Below are positions 1 through 13,200 of a stretch of DNA of 64,000 bases, one piece after another. The translations under genes were made by a program, and so were the position numbers. The notes beneath the pieces were generated by a model. That model saw only the letters and a list, made by a program, of their open reading frames with translations, made no database searches and had not been told where the DNA came from. Source of the stretch: Amoebophrya sp. A120 (lineage: Eukaryota > Protista > Dinoflagellata); NCBI GenBank assembly GCA_905178155.1, contig CAJINV010000009.1, positions 2,209,373 through 2,273,372 of the forward strand. Reading direction: 5' to 3'. How positions within the stretch are numbered: the first letter of the stretch is position 1; each line of letters starts with the position of its first letter.

Positions 1-137
1 TGTTCCACATGCATGGTCACATGATCGAGCAGTCGAGGCAGGCTCCCTCCTTGCAAAATCCGCTCGGTCACTGCTTCGTGGTCCGTGTATGCCGCCCTGT
101 GAAATAAATGATCAAGCTCGTCAAGTACAGAAGACAT
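1..137 (-). CDS. 5' end of a hypothetical protein gene running off the window edge (MSSVLDELDHLFHRAAYTDHEAVTERILQGG...)
   Basis: ATG at 137, open frame to position 1, same strand as all other genes, preceded by AT-richer intergenic DNA. No recognisable motif. Confidence 0.45.
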   Translation of the reverse strand, partial: MSSVLDELDHLFHRAAYTDHEAVTERILQGGSLPRLLDHVTMHVE

Positions 138-412
138 CTCTACCGGATTAAGAAGTAAGTTAGTAAGTAGGTGGAGACTACGAGCCCGTCTTCCTAGGTC
201 CAGCTCAACATCCACAGAAAGGGGGTGACCAGGTCCGCATTTGTATTCGGTACTATCGGTTAAAAACTAAACACACTCATACACAAGATAGCTTGTCTGT
301 GACTACTTCACCTATCCTTTTGCAAAGACGACGAAAAAAAAACATCACCCATTGCAGCTCCTATGTAAGAAAGGAGAATCGCTCTCTGGAGCAGATTCGA
401 CAAATTAAAATC

Positions 413-2434
413 TTAATCTTTGTAAACCAAAAAGTACTCAGCAGCTTCGCGCTCCAGCTCTTCGATGTTCTCTATCAGCGGAAAGTAACGAGCAATGGCC
501 TGATAGCCAAACGCCACCTGCTCCCGCTCTTTGTCGCTCCCGAATCCGCGGCTGTGCCTGCCAGGAACGCCGGTACGCCAAAGCAGGGGAAGATCCGGCT
601 CGTCTTTGTTTGGCAGGTACTGAATCACCAGTTGCCGCAAGGCATTGAAGTCACCTAAAATCGCTCGGGCCCAAGGCTGCACTTGCTGCACAACAATTGG
701 CTGAATCGCTGGTAGCGCCACAGCTTCGCGACCATTGAAGGTGTCACCTTTGGGGTCTTGCAAAAGCACGTCACCGAGCTGCTGCCAGTAGCCTTTATCC
801 ATCACCATCCCCGTATTTCCCGCCGGGTAGAACTGCTGTTGTGGTGCTGACAATGATGCCGCCGCTACGCATTGGAAAATTTTGTCTAGCTTCTTCACTA
901 TCTTTTGGCGCTCCAAAAGGTTCAATCTCCGCCCAACAAGTTCGAGATCCAGCTGCGGGGCAACTACTTCTTCTTGTCGGGAAGACACTTCTGGTGCACG
1001 CAGCTGCAACAGCAACTTCCGGCTGCCCTTCTTTTCATTGGCAGCCCGGGCGCTGCGTTGCTGGTGCTCCTCCGCTCTCGCGCCATCTTCTACCTCCCAT
1101 GCCATAGCTTCATCCTCATACCACGCTCGTTGGTTCCTCGTTCTCCTGGTCTTGTCCTTTCCGTGCCCACTCGCTCCGCCGCGAACATGACTTCCAGCGC
1201 TGATCCCTGTGGTCGTCCACCGCCCCCGCGAATGATCTTCATCCTTGTTGTATGCCTGCGTGGAGGACGTGCCAAGCCCGGTCCAGGAACTCCACGGCGA
1301 GGCCGAATCGTTTTGTCGCCGCGGTTCCTTGCACTTGTCCGCTTCCAATTCCTCTTGAATTTTTTCGTGCAAACGTCGAATTTCATTGACATCGACTTGA
1401 TGTGCAGCAGCTGTAGCGCCACCTGCGCCGTCGACATCCATCAAGTCGCACCAGCGCGCGCGTTGTTCTCCAGTACTTTCTCGTCCCTGACTCGGGGCGC
1501 CAGCGGAGCTGCTGCTCTTTTTAGACGCAACCTCTTCCTCCTCAAACCCAGCACCAGCCGCTCCTGCAGCTACGTCGCCCCAAAGAGGGCCGGAAGTTTC
1601 GGTGCTTCCACAGGATGCGTGTGAGAACAAGCCGCAGTTGGAATGCTGCTCTTCATGCGAAGATGAAATCGACGCTAAGAGTGAACCTTGTTTCATCCGT
1701 TCGTCAACAACAACATGTCGAGGCGATACGTCTTCTGACGCCTTTTGTTCATCTTGTGATGGTGTCCATTTCTTATTCTTCCCCGAATGTTGGCCGGCTC
1801 TTTTGCTTTCGCTCACATCTTCCAGGCGCTGCTGCTGCAGCAGAGCTGCTGCTTGGATGCGGCTTGAGTCAGTAACAGTATCACGAAACTCCTCAACAGG
1901 AGCTTGTTGCAGAGGCCCGTCGACATGGTGGCTCCTCTCGGTCGTCCTCGCACCCTCTGAGCGTCCTCCTCTTTCTCTTCTCATCTCGGGAGTGGAACCA
2001 TCGTCCTGTTCGTTCTTCGCTTGTGTAGTCGCTCTTTCCGCCATCAGCTTCTCCATCTCTTGCCCTCGCTCACGAAATTCCTTCCAGGTCATTCCGGGCG
2101 GGGGCCATGGTACGTCGCTTGGGCGTCCAGGTCCGCCCCAGGTCCAGGACGAAGATGACGATTTGCCTTGCTGGTATTGCTGCGCGTGCGCGCCGTTACC
2201 GTTTTTCTGTCGTGCATGATTTTGCTTTTGCCTTCGTTGTTCACCTGGTCTCAGAGTCAGTGCAGTAGCCCCCAATAGCGAACTCGAAAACTGACATGGT
2301 CCCCCAAAAAAGCTCGAGGAAAGCTGCAGCGTCGTCGACGAGATAAATGCATAGCACACGACCAGCGACGACCCCCGCGGCGGAAAAGAAGCCGCCTTGG
2401 CCTTCCGTGGCGATGTTGATGTTCCGCCACTCAT
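413..2434 (-). CDS. Hypothetical protein (~670 aa) with N-terminal hydrophobic segment and long disordered region
   Basis: 707-codon ORF 413-2536. First ATG at 2434 (MSGGTSTSPRK). Hydrophobic stretch SLVVCYAFISSTTLQLSSSFFGG. No family recognised. Confidence 0.7.
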   Translation of the reverse strand: MSGGTSTSPRKAKAASFPPRGSSLVVCYAFISSTTLQLSSSFFGGPCQFSSSLLGATALTLRPGEQRRQKQNHARQKNGNGAHAQQYQQGKSSSSSWTWGGPGRPSDVPWPPPGMTWKEFRERGQEMEKLMAERATTQAKNEQDDGSTPEMRRERGGRSEGARTTERSHHVDGPLQQAPVEEFRDTVTDSSRIQAAALLQQQRLEDVSESKRAGQHSGKNKKWTPSQDEQKASEDVSPRHVVVDERMKQGSLLASISSSHEEQHSNCGLFSHASCGSTETSGPLWGDVAAGAAGAGFEEEEVASKKSSSSAGAPSQGRESTGEQRARWCDLMDVDGAGGATAAAHQVDVNEIRRLHEKIQEELEADKCKEPRRQNDSASPWSSWTGLGTSSTQAYNKDEDHSRGRWTTTGISAGSHVRGGASGHGKDKTRRTRNQRAWYEDEAMAWEVEDGARAEEHQQRSARAANEKKGSRKLLLQLRAPEVSSRQEEVVAPQLDLELVGRRLNLLERQKIVKKLDKIFQCVAAASLSAPQQQFYPAGNTGMVMDKGYWQQLGDVLLQDPKGDTFNGREAVALPAIQPIVVQQVQPWARAILGDFNALRQLVIQYLPNKDEPDLPLLWRTGVPGRHSRGFGSDKEREQVAFGYQAIARYFPLIENIEELEREAAEYFLVYKD

Positions 2435-4143
2435 GCTGGTCGTGTATGTTTTTCGAGTCCGGAAAACCACGTGGTCTCCACTTTTTACTGCGCACCAAAA
2501 ATTTGTGTCGTGCTTCTTGTGACAGTTGCACCTCAACCTCTGGCACGCGATGATAAATCAGTCAGTGAGTTGGTGGTCTATGCGGCGTGCTGTTGTACTT
2601 AGAAGCACCTAGGTCGGCGGGTAGCCTTGTTCTCGTGGGGAAACAAGAAGAAAATGAGGTATGCAAATAAAATTGGTGTTTGATTATAATCTTAATGTCA
2701 GAGACAGAAGAACATGAAGAGACAACGCAACAGGGTGGAGAGTGGGACAACACTCAAGCCCGTAACGTAAATAAAAATTAAAAATATCAAGCGTTTGCGT
2801 TTTCAACAGCGATTAGAAAAACTACTTAATAATCGAAGTCGAATCGCAAGAATCTTGTTCGTTGCTCCTCAAAGTTCTTATTGCAGCAAAATTAGTTCAC
2901 CGTGGGTACAAAAGCGACATCATACTTCGATCGAAAAAAAAAGTAGTCAATCAACTCCACAGAACTTCTCAACTAACAAAGATTCAGGCTGGGCTCCAAC
3001 TTTGCGAGCAGCAGACAAGAAACTTCTAAAAGTGGAAAGTACAATCTCGTGGATGAGCAGGAGAAAACCTACTCATGGTGCCTGTACATATCGTGTCTAT
3101 TTGAAAGTTTCTGGCTGTGGCAGCAGAGCGAAAAAAGGCGAAATTAGAATTTAGAAAGCTAGAGAAAAACCATCATGATGAGGAAGTGAACGAGAAAACA
3201 AAGCCACGCCCTACTTCTATATAATATTCATCCACGACCGGCTGCAACCTCTAAATTGCTAATTTTTTTGTATCTGTCTTGTTTATCTTCTACACGATAT
3301 GCTCTTTTGATCAGAATCAGAACTTGCTTTTTGCCGGTAGCATGGGACGGAAAGGATAGGTTGATAATGGCGTTCCGTTTGATGTGCCAGTGCCCGCGAA
3401 GTAGATCGAAACACTTGATAAAAAGAAAGTACGGATCGCTAAATGCCTGCTGCACAAGACAAAGACGGCTTGGGATAGCTTCCTAAACAGATCTCGGTAA
3501 AGTTGAAGATCGTCAGGGTCGTCTAGTAATTATTTTTGTCCTGTGAGGACGATCTGCAGGCCGACCACTAGGAGATCATCCAGATCGAAAAACAATTTAC
3601 AAACGAAACGCGGCAAACAAAAAAAACTACAAGGACGTGAACATACAACTTGCTCATTGCCTTTTTCGTTGTTGCGAGTTCGTTACAGTGCATTCGCGGC
3701 GAGTCTACCAAGTTTTGCCCTATGCTTCTCACTTTCGATAATCGTATACTTAGTACACTTGTCGCTTGTTCTGAAGAACCCGTTGTCGATATTCACCCTT
3801 TCAGTTGCTGGCATGCGCACGGTCGTGCCATTCTCATCCTTGAGTTTGATGTTGATCTTGATTCCTGTACTCATCTTCCCTTTTTTCCTGCTCTATGGGT
3901 TGACTTACAGTTAAAATTAGACATCGCTACACGTTTTCAATTTCTACGTTGTAATTTAGTGACTATGATTGAAGTGCTCTTTGATAGTATACTGCAGTGC
4001 ATTTGATTTGAAAGTAACAATGCTACTTCTGCTCGTCTTTAGCTTTACGGCATTTGCATCATGATGATTTTGTTTCCTCATGCTGCGTTTCTTAAACACT
4101 CGTGATCCTAGGTAGTACACATTCTATATTCCCTGTGATTTTC

Positions 4144-4237
4144 CCTATTCTGATAGTCCTCCGGTGCCGCTTTCAAGATCCAACAGCAGGCACAGCCTAT
4201 TCTGATAATCCTCCGGTGCCGCTTTTCAGAGCCAACA
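4144..4237. repeat. Imperfect ~42-bp direct repeat, two copies, period 52 bp, just downstream of the Piezo stop
   Basis: cctattctgatagtcctccggtgccgctttcaagatccaaca (4144-4185) vs cctattctgataatcctccggtgccgcttttcagagccaaca (4196-4237). Confidence 0.85.
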
Positions 4238-4251
4238 AATTTCCGGTACAC

Positions 4252-7200
4252 TTATTCGTAGTTACCGTGGCCGCTGTTGACGACGACGCGGTTTCCCGGA
4301 GGTGCACCGACGTAGTACTGGTCTCGAGTTACACTGGTAGTTTCGGCTCCATGTCCATCTATCGTAGAAGTCGCTGCATGAAATTCCTGACCTGCGCCCT
4401 CACCTCCCGCAACGCGCATTTCGAACTCGATTTGAGAGGAGGGACTTCCACGAAAGGAACTTGTCCTGAATGACTGCCGCCCCGGACGATCTGTTAAAAA
4501 ACGGCCCCCGACGCTGCCACCCGGCGAAAACCCCGAATCGCTCTCGAAGTCTCCGTGCACACCATCAGGCGGCGGAAGATCGCGGGCAGGACCACGTGGT
4601 GGCCCAGCGGGTCCCCCACTGTAGTTGTTGTGAAGATTTCCACCACCAGCAGCACCTGTGCCCCCACCGCCCCCGTGGAAATCATGTAGCGATCGCCGGC
4701 CTCCGTAGTGGTCAGGAGCTCGATCAGAGTTTGATGTCGAGGAGTAGTGCAGCAGCATGTCGGGACAACGGTAGAGGCGCAGCAGACAGAAGTACAAGTC
4801 GTATTCGGCTTTCAAGTCCCCTAGACTGCGCGCCAGGTAGATTCCCGTGCAGATCTGCTCGAAGAACTCCGTATCTTCCATTTCCGTGTAGATCACACGC
4901 TCGCTGGACAGCTCGAACATCGCGCGAATCATTTTGAACGCCGCATACACGATCAAAGAGTAGAGGCCCAGGATGCTGAAAAAGGGCGTCGCGCTTGTGC
5001 TCTTGCTCTGTCCATAGGTCACGCCGCGCAGCACGCGCTCGGAAGTGGTTTCGAACGTTAGTGGCGGAATTAGGGCGAGGCGTCCGGAAGTCGGCGAAAT
5101 AACGGTGATGTCCACTTGGGAGACGGTTGACGCGGGCGTCGTTGGGACGCTTGTCAGACTTGGGAGATCGTCCGCTTCATCATCGTTGTCCTGTTCCCCT
5201 GGTCCTCCGGAGGTGTCGCCGATGACATCGGTCGAGGGAAGACGCGAAACGGGTGGGGGTCTTTGAGTTGGCAACAGCATACTTAGCTCCCAAAAGCTCT
5301 CTTGCGGACGATACTGAGACGCTGAACCAGGAGGAGCAGCCCCGGCACCGCGTTGTCCATTACGAGGGTTATCCGCTGGGTCAGCATTGTAGTCGACTTT
5401 CACTAGCCTCAAGGAAATGCCAGCTTTCCGACTCGCAGGAAGGTCTCTGTGGTCGTTGTACAACGGCCCACCTCTTGCTGCGGCACGACCGCCCTGGTGT
5501 CGTAGTCCCCCATGCCTGTATCTTCGCGCCTTGGCAAGTTGTGCGGCGGAGCCGCCGAATGGAGACAGAATCGGCGTCGCGTAACTTTCGGAGGTTAGAC
5601 GAAGATAGGGCGCGTACAAATCCGGCAATCGAATCTTTTTCGCACGGTTTGCGTCAGCACCACCCCCTGCAGGGGCTTGGTCGAAGTTTGCCAGGATCGC
5701 TTTTGCGACTCGCTCGAGCTTTTCGGAATCACGCTCAATTTTTACGTTCTTCGCATCTTCCAACTGACCAAGATTTGATACTGCAGCAACTCCGGTGTTC
5801 TCCTGGCCTCGGCCTCGCGCAGCACCATCATGATGAGCTCTGCCTCGCTGCTTGGTACTGGCAACAAGGCTTTTTTCATTGAAAAACCGCACCACTTTTG
5901 TCCCGTCGACGTCCGGAAGTTCGGTGTCAGGCACTGGGGCGCGCTCGAACACGTACTTCAAGTCGAACTGAATGTACAGCAGCTTACCCTTGTCGATGTT
6001 CTCCGCTTGTAGCATTTGCACGATCTCCGACCGGAGCCGCGGCGTGGCCGACCAAAGCTCGTCAGAGGCGTGTGGAAAGAGGATTCTCTGCTTCGTGTTG
6101 TATTCTTCGTCCTGGTCCTCTGTTCCATCTTCATGTCCGCCGGGGGGTGGCCGCGGGGGCTCATCCGCAGCGCCATGCTCTTCTGGTACTTCATCCTGTT
6201 CCTGATCAAAGCCCTGTACTGGCGTCGTAAAAATCTGTTCACTTTCTTCGTCCTTAAATTTCATGCTTGGCGAAACCGGAGTGCCTTGCTTCGACTGGTA
6301 GAGCACGACTTTCCGAATTTTCTCCCTACTCGCGACTGTGAGTAGCACCGACGCTTCTGCGGTTTGTACGCGCGTTGCCTCCGTGTTCGGGTTGATGGTG
6401 GAGAAGAGCAGCAGTGGCCCGATCATCAAAAAGAAAATCACGAGAAGGAGACATCCGCCGTTTGTGATTTTCTCGAACACGGACCTGGGTGGAGGCCCGG
6501 AAAAGCGCGGCCGTTTCGTCGCCGCGCTAGTACCCTTCCGCATGCCTTTACTGTTAGTGCGCGAAGATTTTGCACTGGAGCCTTTCCTACTTCGACGCTT
6601 CTTCACTATCCGTCGCTGATCGTTTTCAAGATGAATAGCGTCCTTGTCCTTCCCTAGTGCAGCAGCTGTTCCGTCGATTGATCTAGCAGCAGCGTCGCTG
6701 CCGTTCAAATTGCGGCCATGAAGATTATCTGCAGTCTCATCGCTTGGCTCCATGATCTCGCCTTCGTCGACGTCGCTCCCAGAACCACTTCCACCCTCGT
6801 CGTTTTCTTTGTTGTAGTGCTGTCGCCGCAACGTCATGTCGTACTTGACCAGGTACAGGTTTGTGAACAAGTCTTCCAACTTGAACCACATGTAGACGTC
6901 AAGCGATGTTTTTGTCACCACCTATCCCACGAAAATAACCCATCCCCATCGTAATTGCTATTTTTTTTGCAAAAAACGCTAAAAAAAATTGAAAAAAAAA
7001 CAAAAAATTTGCTACCCATGCGGAAGGGCTTCGTGGTGTTAGCTAGCACGTGACGACTATGACAGAAGCAGCCTGAGACGATTCATCTAGAAGTGTTTGC
7101 TTTGAATTAGCTAGCTCAAGGCATCCCCGGCGAAGCCGCGACAACAAAGCCACCGAAAGATGGGCGTCAGACAGGGAGACAGCGCCGGCTACGGATACGC

Positions 7201-10200
7201 TTTAGGGCCGTCAGGGCCGTTGGTTTGCTTGCTTTTTCCCACATCACCGTCGCCATGTCTGCTTGCCACCACATCGCGACCATAGATGAAAGCCCGTGAC
7301 CTGTTTTGTCCGTCGTTTTGGCCTCAATAGGTCGGCGAAAATTACCCATCCGGACAAATTTTTGCGACTTTTGAGCTTTTCGGATTTTTTCCGCAAATAT
7401 CTGTTCAAAAAACCGGAAAAAGTCAGATTTTTCTTTTTTTTGGCAAATTTCTTCAAAATTCCGAAAATGCAGAAAAATCTATCGCGATGGGTTATTTTCG
7501 CCGACCTGTATAGGCAAAAAAGCCTACTTTTTTCGAAAAGTGGTCCGGTTTTGATTTATCTGGATGGGTTATTTTCACCCGACCTGAGTCGGGCAAAAAG
7601 TTGCTCTTTTTTTGCTTCAAAGCCGGCTTTTTTGGGAAAAAAAAACTTGGGTTTTCGGGGTATACGGGTCGGCGAAAATAACCCATCCAGATGATTTGCA
7701 AAATTTCGCTATTTTACAAAACCCCAAAAAAGGCGAGCAAAAAGCGCGCGCCTGCCCCGACCTGAGTCCGTTGATTTGGCGATTTTTTTTCTTTCAAAAA
7801 AGGAAACACTCTGAGCGACATTTTAGCCGGACTCAGGTCGGGGCAGGCGCGAGCTTTTTGCTCGCCTTTTTTGGGTTTTTGAAAAGTCACGAAATTTTGC
7901 AAATCATCTGGATGGGTTATTTTCGCCGACCTGTATACCCCGAAAACCCCAGTTTTTTTTTTACAAAAAAGCCGGCTTTGAAGCAAAAAAAGAGCAACTT
8001 TTTGATTTTGCCCGACTCAGGTCGGGCGAAAATAACCCATCCAGATAAATCAAAATCGGGCCACTTTTCGAAAAAAGTAGGCTTTTTAGCCTATACAGGT
8101 CGGCGAAAATAACCCATCGTGATAGATTTTTGGTCGATTTTTGATTTTGGCGAAAAATTGGAATTTTTTTGAATTTCTTCGCTTGCGTCTGCCCTCAACC
8201 ATTTTTGCCGGACATCCATTTCTGGACAAGCCAGGTGACCAGTTGCGCGACCATTCCGTCGCCGCGGACGCGGCCTGATTAGGGGCCAGGGAGGCGGAGG
8301 ATAGGGCGGCCGCCCTTCCGGCGCGAAGCGGGCCTGTGCGGCCCTCCCGGAGGCCGCCGGCGCGCAGGACCTTCCGCGCCGCCACCGACCACGACCAGGA
8401 GCGCGGCCGCAGACCACGAGGAAGGGCCGCGCCCTCGGGACAGAGACATTGCTGGCGGTTCTTCCCTGAGGATGCCTGGAGCTAGCTACTTTATTCACAT
8501 CATCACTAGCGATTCCTCTCAAGCCGGCTGTTCTGACTAGTTATCACGAAGCTAGCTGACGCCACGACTTTTTTTTTCGCAAAAAAAAATCAGAAAAGTC
8601 GCATTTTTTTTTAGTTTTTTTGTTTATTTTAATTTATTTTTTTGCACCGTAAAAATGGCAATTACGATGGGGATGGGTTATTTTCGTGGGATACCACCCA
8701 GTCACACAGAACGCGAAACTCGTTCAAAAACGGAGTCACCATGTACAGCTGAAAGACGCACTTGCTGAACAGGTCCACCGACCGTGTCAACGAAATTGGT
8801 TCCGCGGTTTTCGTTGCGTACCGCAATTGTAGCGAAGAAAGAGCGAGATAAGTGGCGTAGATGAGGTACAAAGCTAGCAAAAAACCGAAGTTCGCCAAGC
8901 TTTTCAAGCACGGAGAGACGTGCTGCTGTCCGTACTCGCCCGTGTCAGTTGTGCCAGGAGCAGGACGACGCTGGTTCATTGGCTGCTGACCCTGTTGTCC
9001 TCCTTTCGTGGCCAGCCCCATCAGCAACCACTCCTGCTCATTTTGGTCTTGCTGAGCGCGCAAATCGAAGTACACGATCACCAGGAAGGTGTGGGCGACA
9101 GCCATTTGAGTCAAGAGGAGAAGCTTTTGCAAGATGACACGTATGCTCGGCTTGATATCAAGAGCTGCGGCTGCGCCTGCGCTGTCTATGTCTTCGTCGC
9201 GACGCTTTTCTACTTGTTCCTCGTGTGGAACGATCATAGTATTGCTGTTTTGTCTGACGACTCGCGGTTTGTTCCCGATCCCGTATCTGTAGTTGCACTC
9301 ATCTTCATGCATCTCCAACTGCACCGCTGCCGCTTTGCCTTTGGAAAAACTACTCCGGGCGGATCGAACTTCGTGTCCCGAGTTTTCTCGTGAACCACAC
9401 TCCTCCCGCGCTGGTGGTATGCGTCGCCTCCGGAGCCCCTCTTGCAAATGGCAGCTCCTTGGCGTCACCAGTCTCCTGTCCTCGTGGTCCACGACCGCCG
9501 GCGAGAACGACAAGTGTCCGCGATTGTCTCCGCCAGTGGGACATTCAGGCTGAACGACCGACCGAGGTGTTTGCTCTACTCCGCAGGATTTCCCTCTGTT
9601 CATCTTTCCATCATCTTCGTCTCGTCGTGCAAATTTGTTGTACTCGTAGATGCCCAGTGCTTTTGCCTTCTGCCGCAATATGCGCAACCGTTCTGCTGGT
9701 CCGTTCTCGAAAGCACCATCTTCCCGGCCGCGACGTCGCCCGTTGAAAGACGTTGCTGCGGCAAAGACCGTCTTGGTCGTTCTCCAGCTATGCAGCATGC
9801 GGTCCAGCACGGCAATTAAGAACAGGTACAGTAAAGTGAGCACTTGCTTCCCGGGAACTTGCTTGCCGTTCTGCACGATCGACCACAGCGTTTCCTCCGT
9901 CCCCACCATGCGATTCCAGCACAACAGAACGTACATGATGCACACTATGATTAACCACAGCCGGACCGCGTACAAGTTGCAAGCAGGTCGCGGCAGGTCC
10001 GTAAACAGGAGGTAGTAGAGGAAAGAAAGCCGACGAGTTCCGGCGGATGGGCTTTTCCTCGTAGAAGCACCAGAAGTTTGCTCTACTACCTGCCGACCAC
10101 AGCTAGTACGGGCGCTTCTACAACCAGTCCCCCCGTTCTCTTTGACGATTTCGTGGAACAGGTCGGGGAAGGAAATTTACGAGGCGGAAAAGTCCGCCCC

Positions 10201-13200
10201 AGCCCAATTTTCAAAAATTTCAATATGTGGCTTTAGTAGTCCCGGTTAGAGGAGACAATCGGGAACGCGACCAAGCCAGTGGTCGCTGAATGCGGGGACG
10301 CGCTTCGGGCGCTCCGCCTGCCTGGGCAGGGGCCAAGCGTCGCGCCGCGCCATATCCTTGCGCTCCTATTTGGCGAATGCGGATGGTGTGGCGCGCTTTT
10401 GGGCGCCGACTTTCCTGGCCGTCGTATATTTGTGCGTGAATGCTTCACAATGTTTTCCAGAAAAGTCCGCCCCAGGACGAACAAGGAGGCCGAATCTGGT
10501 ACCCGTCGACCCTGGGGCGGACTTTTCTAGATCGGGGTACTCAGGTCGGGATTGGCCTCTCCCAGAAAAGTCCGCCCCAGGCCGAACGGGCACTCCACCA
10601 AGTGGTCGGTCGGAGAGGGCAAAAGAGGCGAAAAAACATGACACGGGGGCCCCGAGCCTCTGGGGCACTATCATTAATTCAAGGCCAGTCCTGGACTGGC
10701 CCCATTTCACATTGCGCGCCGGGCGGGAAACTGCCTTTCCAAGCTGCGCGGGTTGGGGCGTACAAGTCGCCACGAAGTCAATAATGGGAGTCGATCTCGC
10801 GGAGAAGAATACCGAGACGCAGCAGCGACAAACGGGGCATGCTTTCCGTGCGAAAAGATCTCGCGCAATGAAATTTTTGAAAATTGGGCTGGGGCGGACT
10901 TTTCCGCTTCGTAAAATTAAGTCGACACCCATTTCTCTTTGCTGGCGGATGTGCAGACACAGGATCAACAGCGCAATGAATTCTGGCCACAAAAACTGAA
11001 ACACGGAGACGTCATCGCGCGGGACCTTGACCAGCCCCAGCCACAGCATCACCCGCGCACGGCGCTGCTGCGCCGCGTCGTCTTCGTGAGCGGGGGTGTG
11101 CAGAAAATAGGAACCGAGCAGATCCTCTTCGCCGGAATTATCCACCTGCTCGTCATCCGTATTCAGGGGAGATGGTACGACGTTATTTCCGCTCCGACCC
11201 GCGATTTTTCGTGGCAGTTCTTGCTGTGCGGCATTAAAGCCTGCAAACCGCGGACGTGCACCACGACGGCCCGGCGATGCAGCACCGAGGGCTGCGCGAC
11301 CTCCTCCGCGTTTGTTGGTCGTCCTCGCGGGGACGAAGACTTGGGCACTGAATTCCGGCACGAGTGCGTGTGGCCACCCAAGCTCTGCATCAAAGCACGG
11401 CATCTGGTAAAGTGCTCGCAGGATGATGGAAAACACGAGCACGAAGCGCACGCAGCGGTAGTACACCACGGGCGTGGTCGGGTAAAACATGAGTCCAACC
11501 AGGATTGCTGTGGTATGGAAGAGCGAGACGACTGTGGGTCCCGGGGCACCGCAAGATAAAAGCACCAACGCGCTGACCACCAGCCAAAACTGTGAGCAGC
11601 TGCAGAGAACGGCCTTGTACGTCAGTGAAAGAAGGTTATCGTCTCGCGCATGCGCAGGAAAAGGCTCACTGGCGCTGCGGACAAAGATCCGATCGTCCAT
11701 CAACTTATCACAAACGCGATGGATCAGACCACAGGACTTCTGCTTGCTTTGCCGATGTTGACCCACCTGATGATATTTTTGGGGAGGTTGAACGCCGGGG
11801 CTCGCGTTCTTTTGCTGGGCGCCATCAATCGCTGACCCGGCGTTTATTTCTCCGCCTGTGTCATGGTTCCGGCCCGGCTGTCCGACGGTAGAAGTACAAG
11901 AAGCAGGTAGATTCTTTTGCGCCTCTGCAGCTGATTCTCGTGCCTCGTTCTCTGGTGTCGGGGCGGGCGGAGGCGGAGCCACTCCTGCTGTGTACAGCAA
12001 TTCTTCTGGTTTCCAAATGTGGAAGCCGCCGTCTGAAGCTGAAGCAGCCGCCGCCAAGCCCGACGCTTCGCTGCTATTCACCTCGGCGCCCGACGCCGAC
12101 CCCGACGGTGCTACCGGTCGCGCCGGTGATGTCAGAGCAACATGACCCGGACCGCCCCCATCAGCAGCTCCGTTGTAGTTTGGGCTTTTCTCACGCTCAC
12201 CAGATGGCGATAGCGGTAGATTCGAGGGACGCCGTGATGAAATGCGACGGCCTCCCAACGTTTCTCGAGACCAAGTGCGAGTTCTTGTAGACCCCCTCCG
12301 CGCTCCTGAGTGACTGCCCGCAACCCGGTCAGCCAGCGACTGCAAGAGCCGTTCCTGCTCGGCGACCATGTCCTCGTCTGAAAGCAAACACCGCCGCCGG
12401 GCGAGAATGGTTTTCAAAAAGCGCAGTGCAAAAGCTTCAATCATATCTGCGTCCAGATAGAACCGAAGCAGAATTTCCGGATCGAGCTGCCGGCTGCTGC
12501 CTTCACAAGTCCATCCTCTGTTGATTTGTTCTTCTACATCTTCCACGGGCTCTCCTGGTCCACGGCCTGGCTCCCTAGAAAATAGCGCGCCTTCTCCGAC
12601 GCCACAAAGCACTGTTCTACCGACACCAATTTCGTGCATGTCGATGTGGATGTTGGGTACAGGAAGACTCATTTCTTGTAACTGACGCTCTCGTCGCACA
12701 GAGTGCTGCAGAAGTAGCTCCAAAACGCGCGCAACGACGTTTAGCTCCAAGCCGGTTGCGAGGCCTAGTCTCTCCACGCGACTTACAAGCGTGTCTTCCC
12801 GGTGCTGGTCCACAAAATCAGCGGTCATACTCGGATGCACTCCGGCCACCCGGCGACCTTCCAGCCAGAAATTCTCCAACTGCCAAATCAATCGCTGATA
12901 CCGTCGCATACGGTGGTTCAGAATCTCGTGCTTGGTTTCCACCTCCTGTAGCTCGCAAACGCGCCACGCTTGCACACTCCAGGAAAACCGGTCTTGCCGG
13001 ACTAGTTGCACCAGTCCTGCTTGCACCTCTTGCGCTCTCAATTGCCTTGACCGTAGTTTGCGCTTCACCGCGAGCACCGACAAGTGGAAAAAGCAGATGA
13101 GAAACGCCACCATCGGCCAAAACACCGTGGGCGGGATAGCGACCAGCCACGCACCGTAGCTGGTGCGTGAGCTGCGCTTGTAGAACCCGAGCGCAAACAG

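Noticed and set aside
2060-2125. DVPWPPPGMTWKE in the 413-2434 protein as a third member of the SVPW...W paralog family
   Set aside because: Only one short weak match; the other shared blocks are absent.
7321-8120. Regularly recurring cgaaaataacccatc motif as a CRISPR-like array
   Set aside because: Copies are in both orientations with irregular, mutually palindromic spacers, there are no cas genes, and the context is eukaryotic. They are TIR-derived subterminal repeats.
7296-8522. ORFs inside element 1 (e.g. 7612..8112+, 7714..7986-, 8091..8522-) as a transposase or cargo gene
   Set aside because: They are mirror-image translations of a palindrome with poly-K/F from A/T runs and no DDE or other motif.
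10366-10913. Last ~180 aa of the 3,786-aa ORF as a genuine C-terminus
   Set aside because: It is read-through into TIR element 2; the real Piezo frame resumes at 10172.
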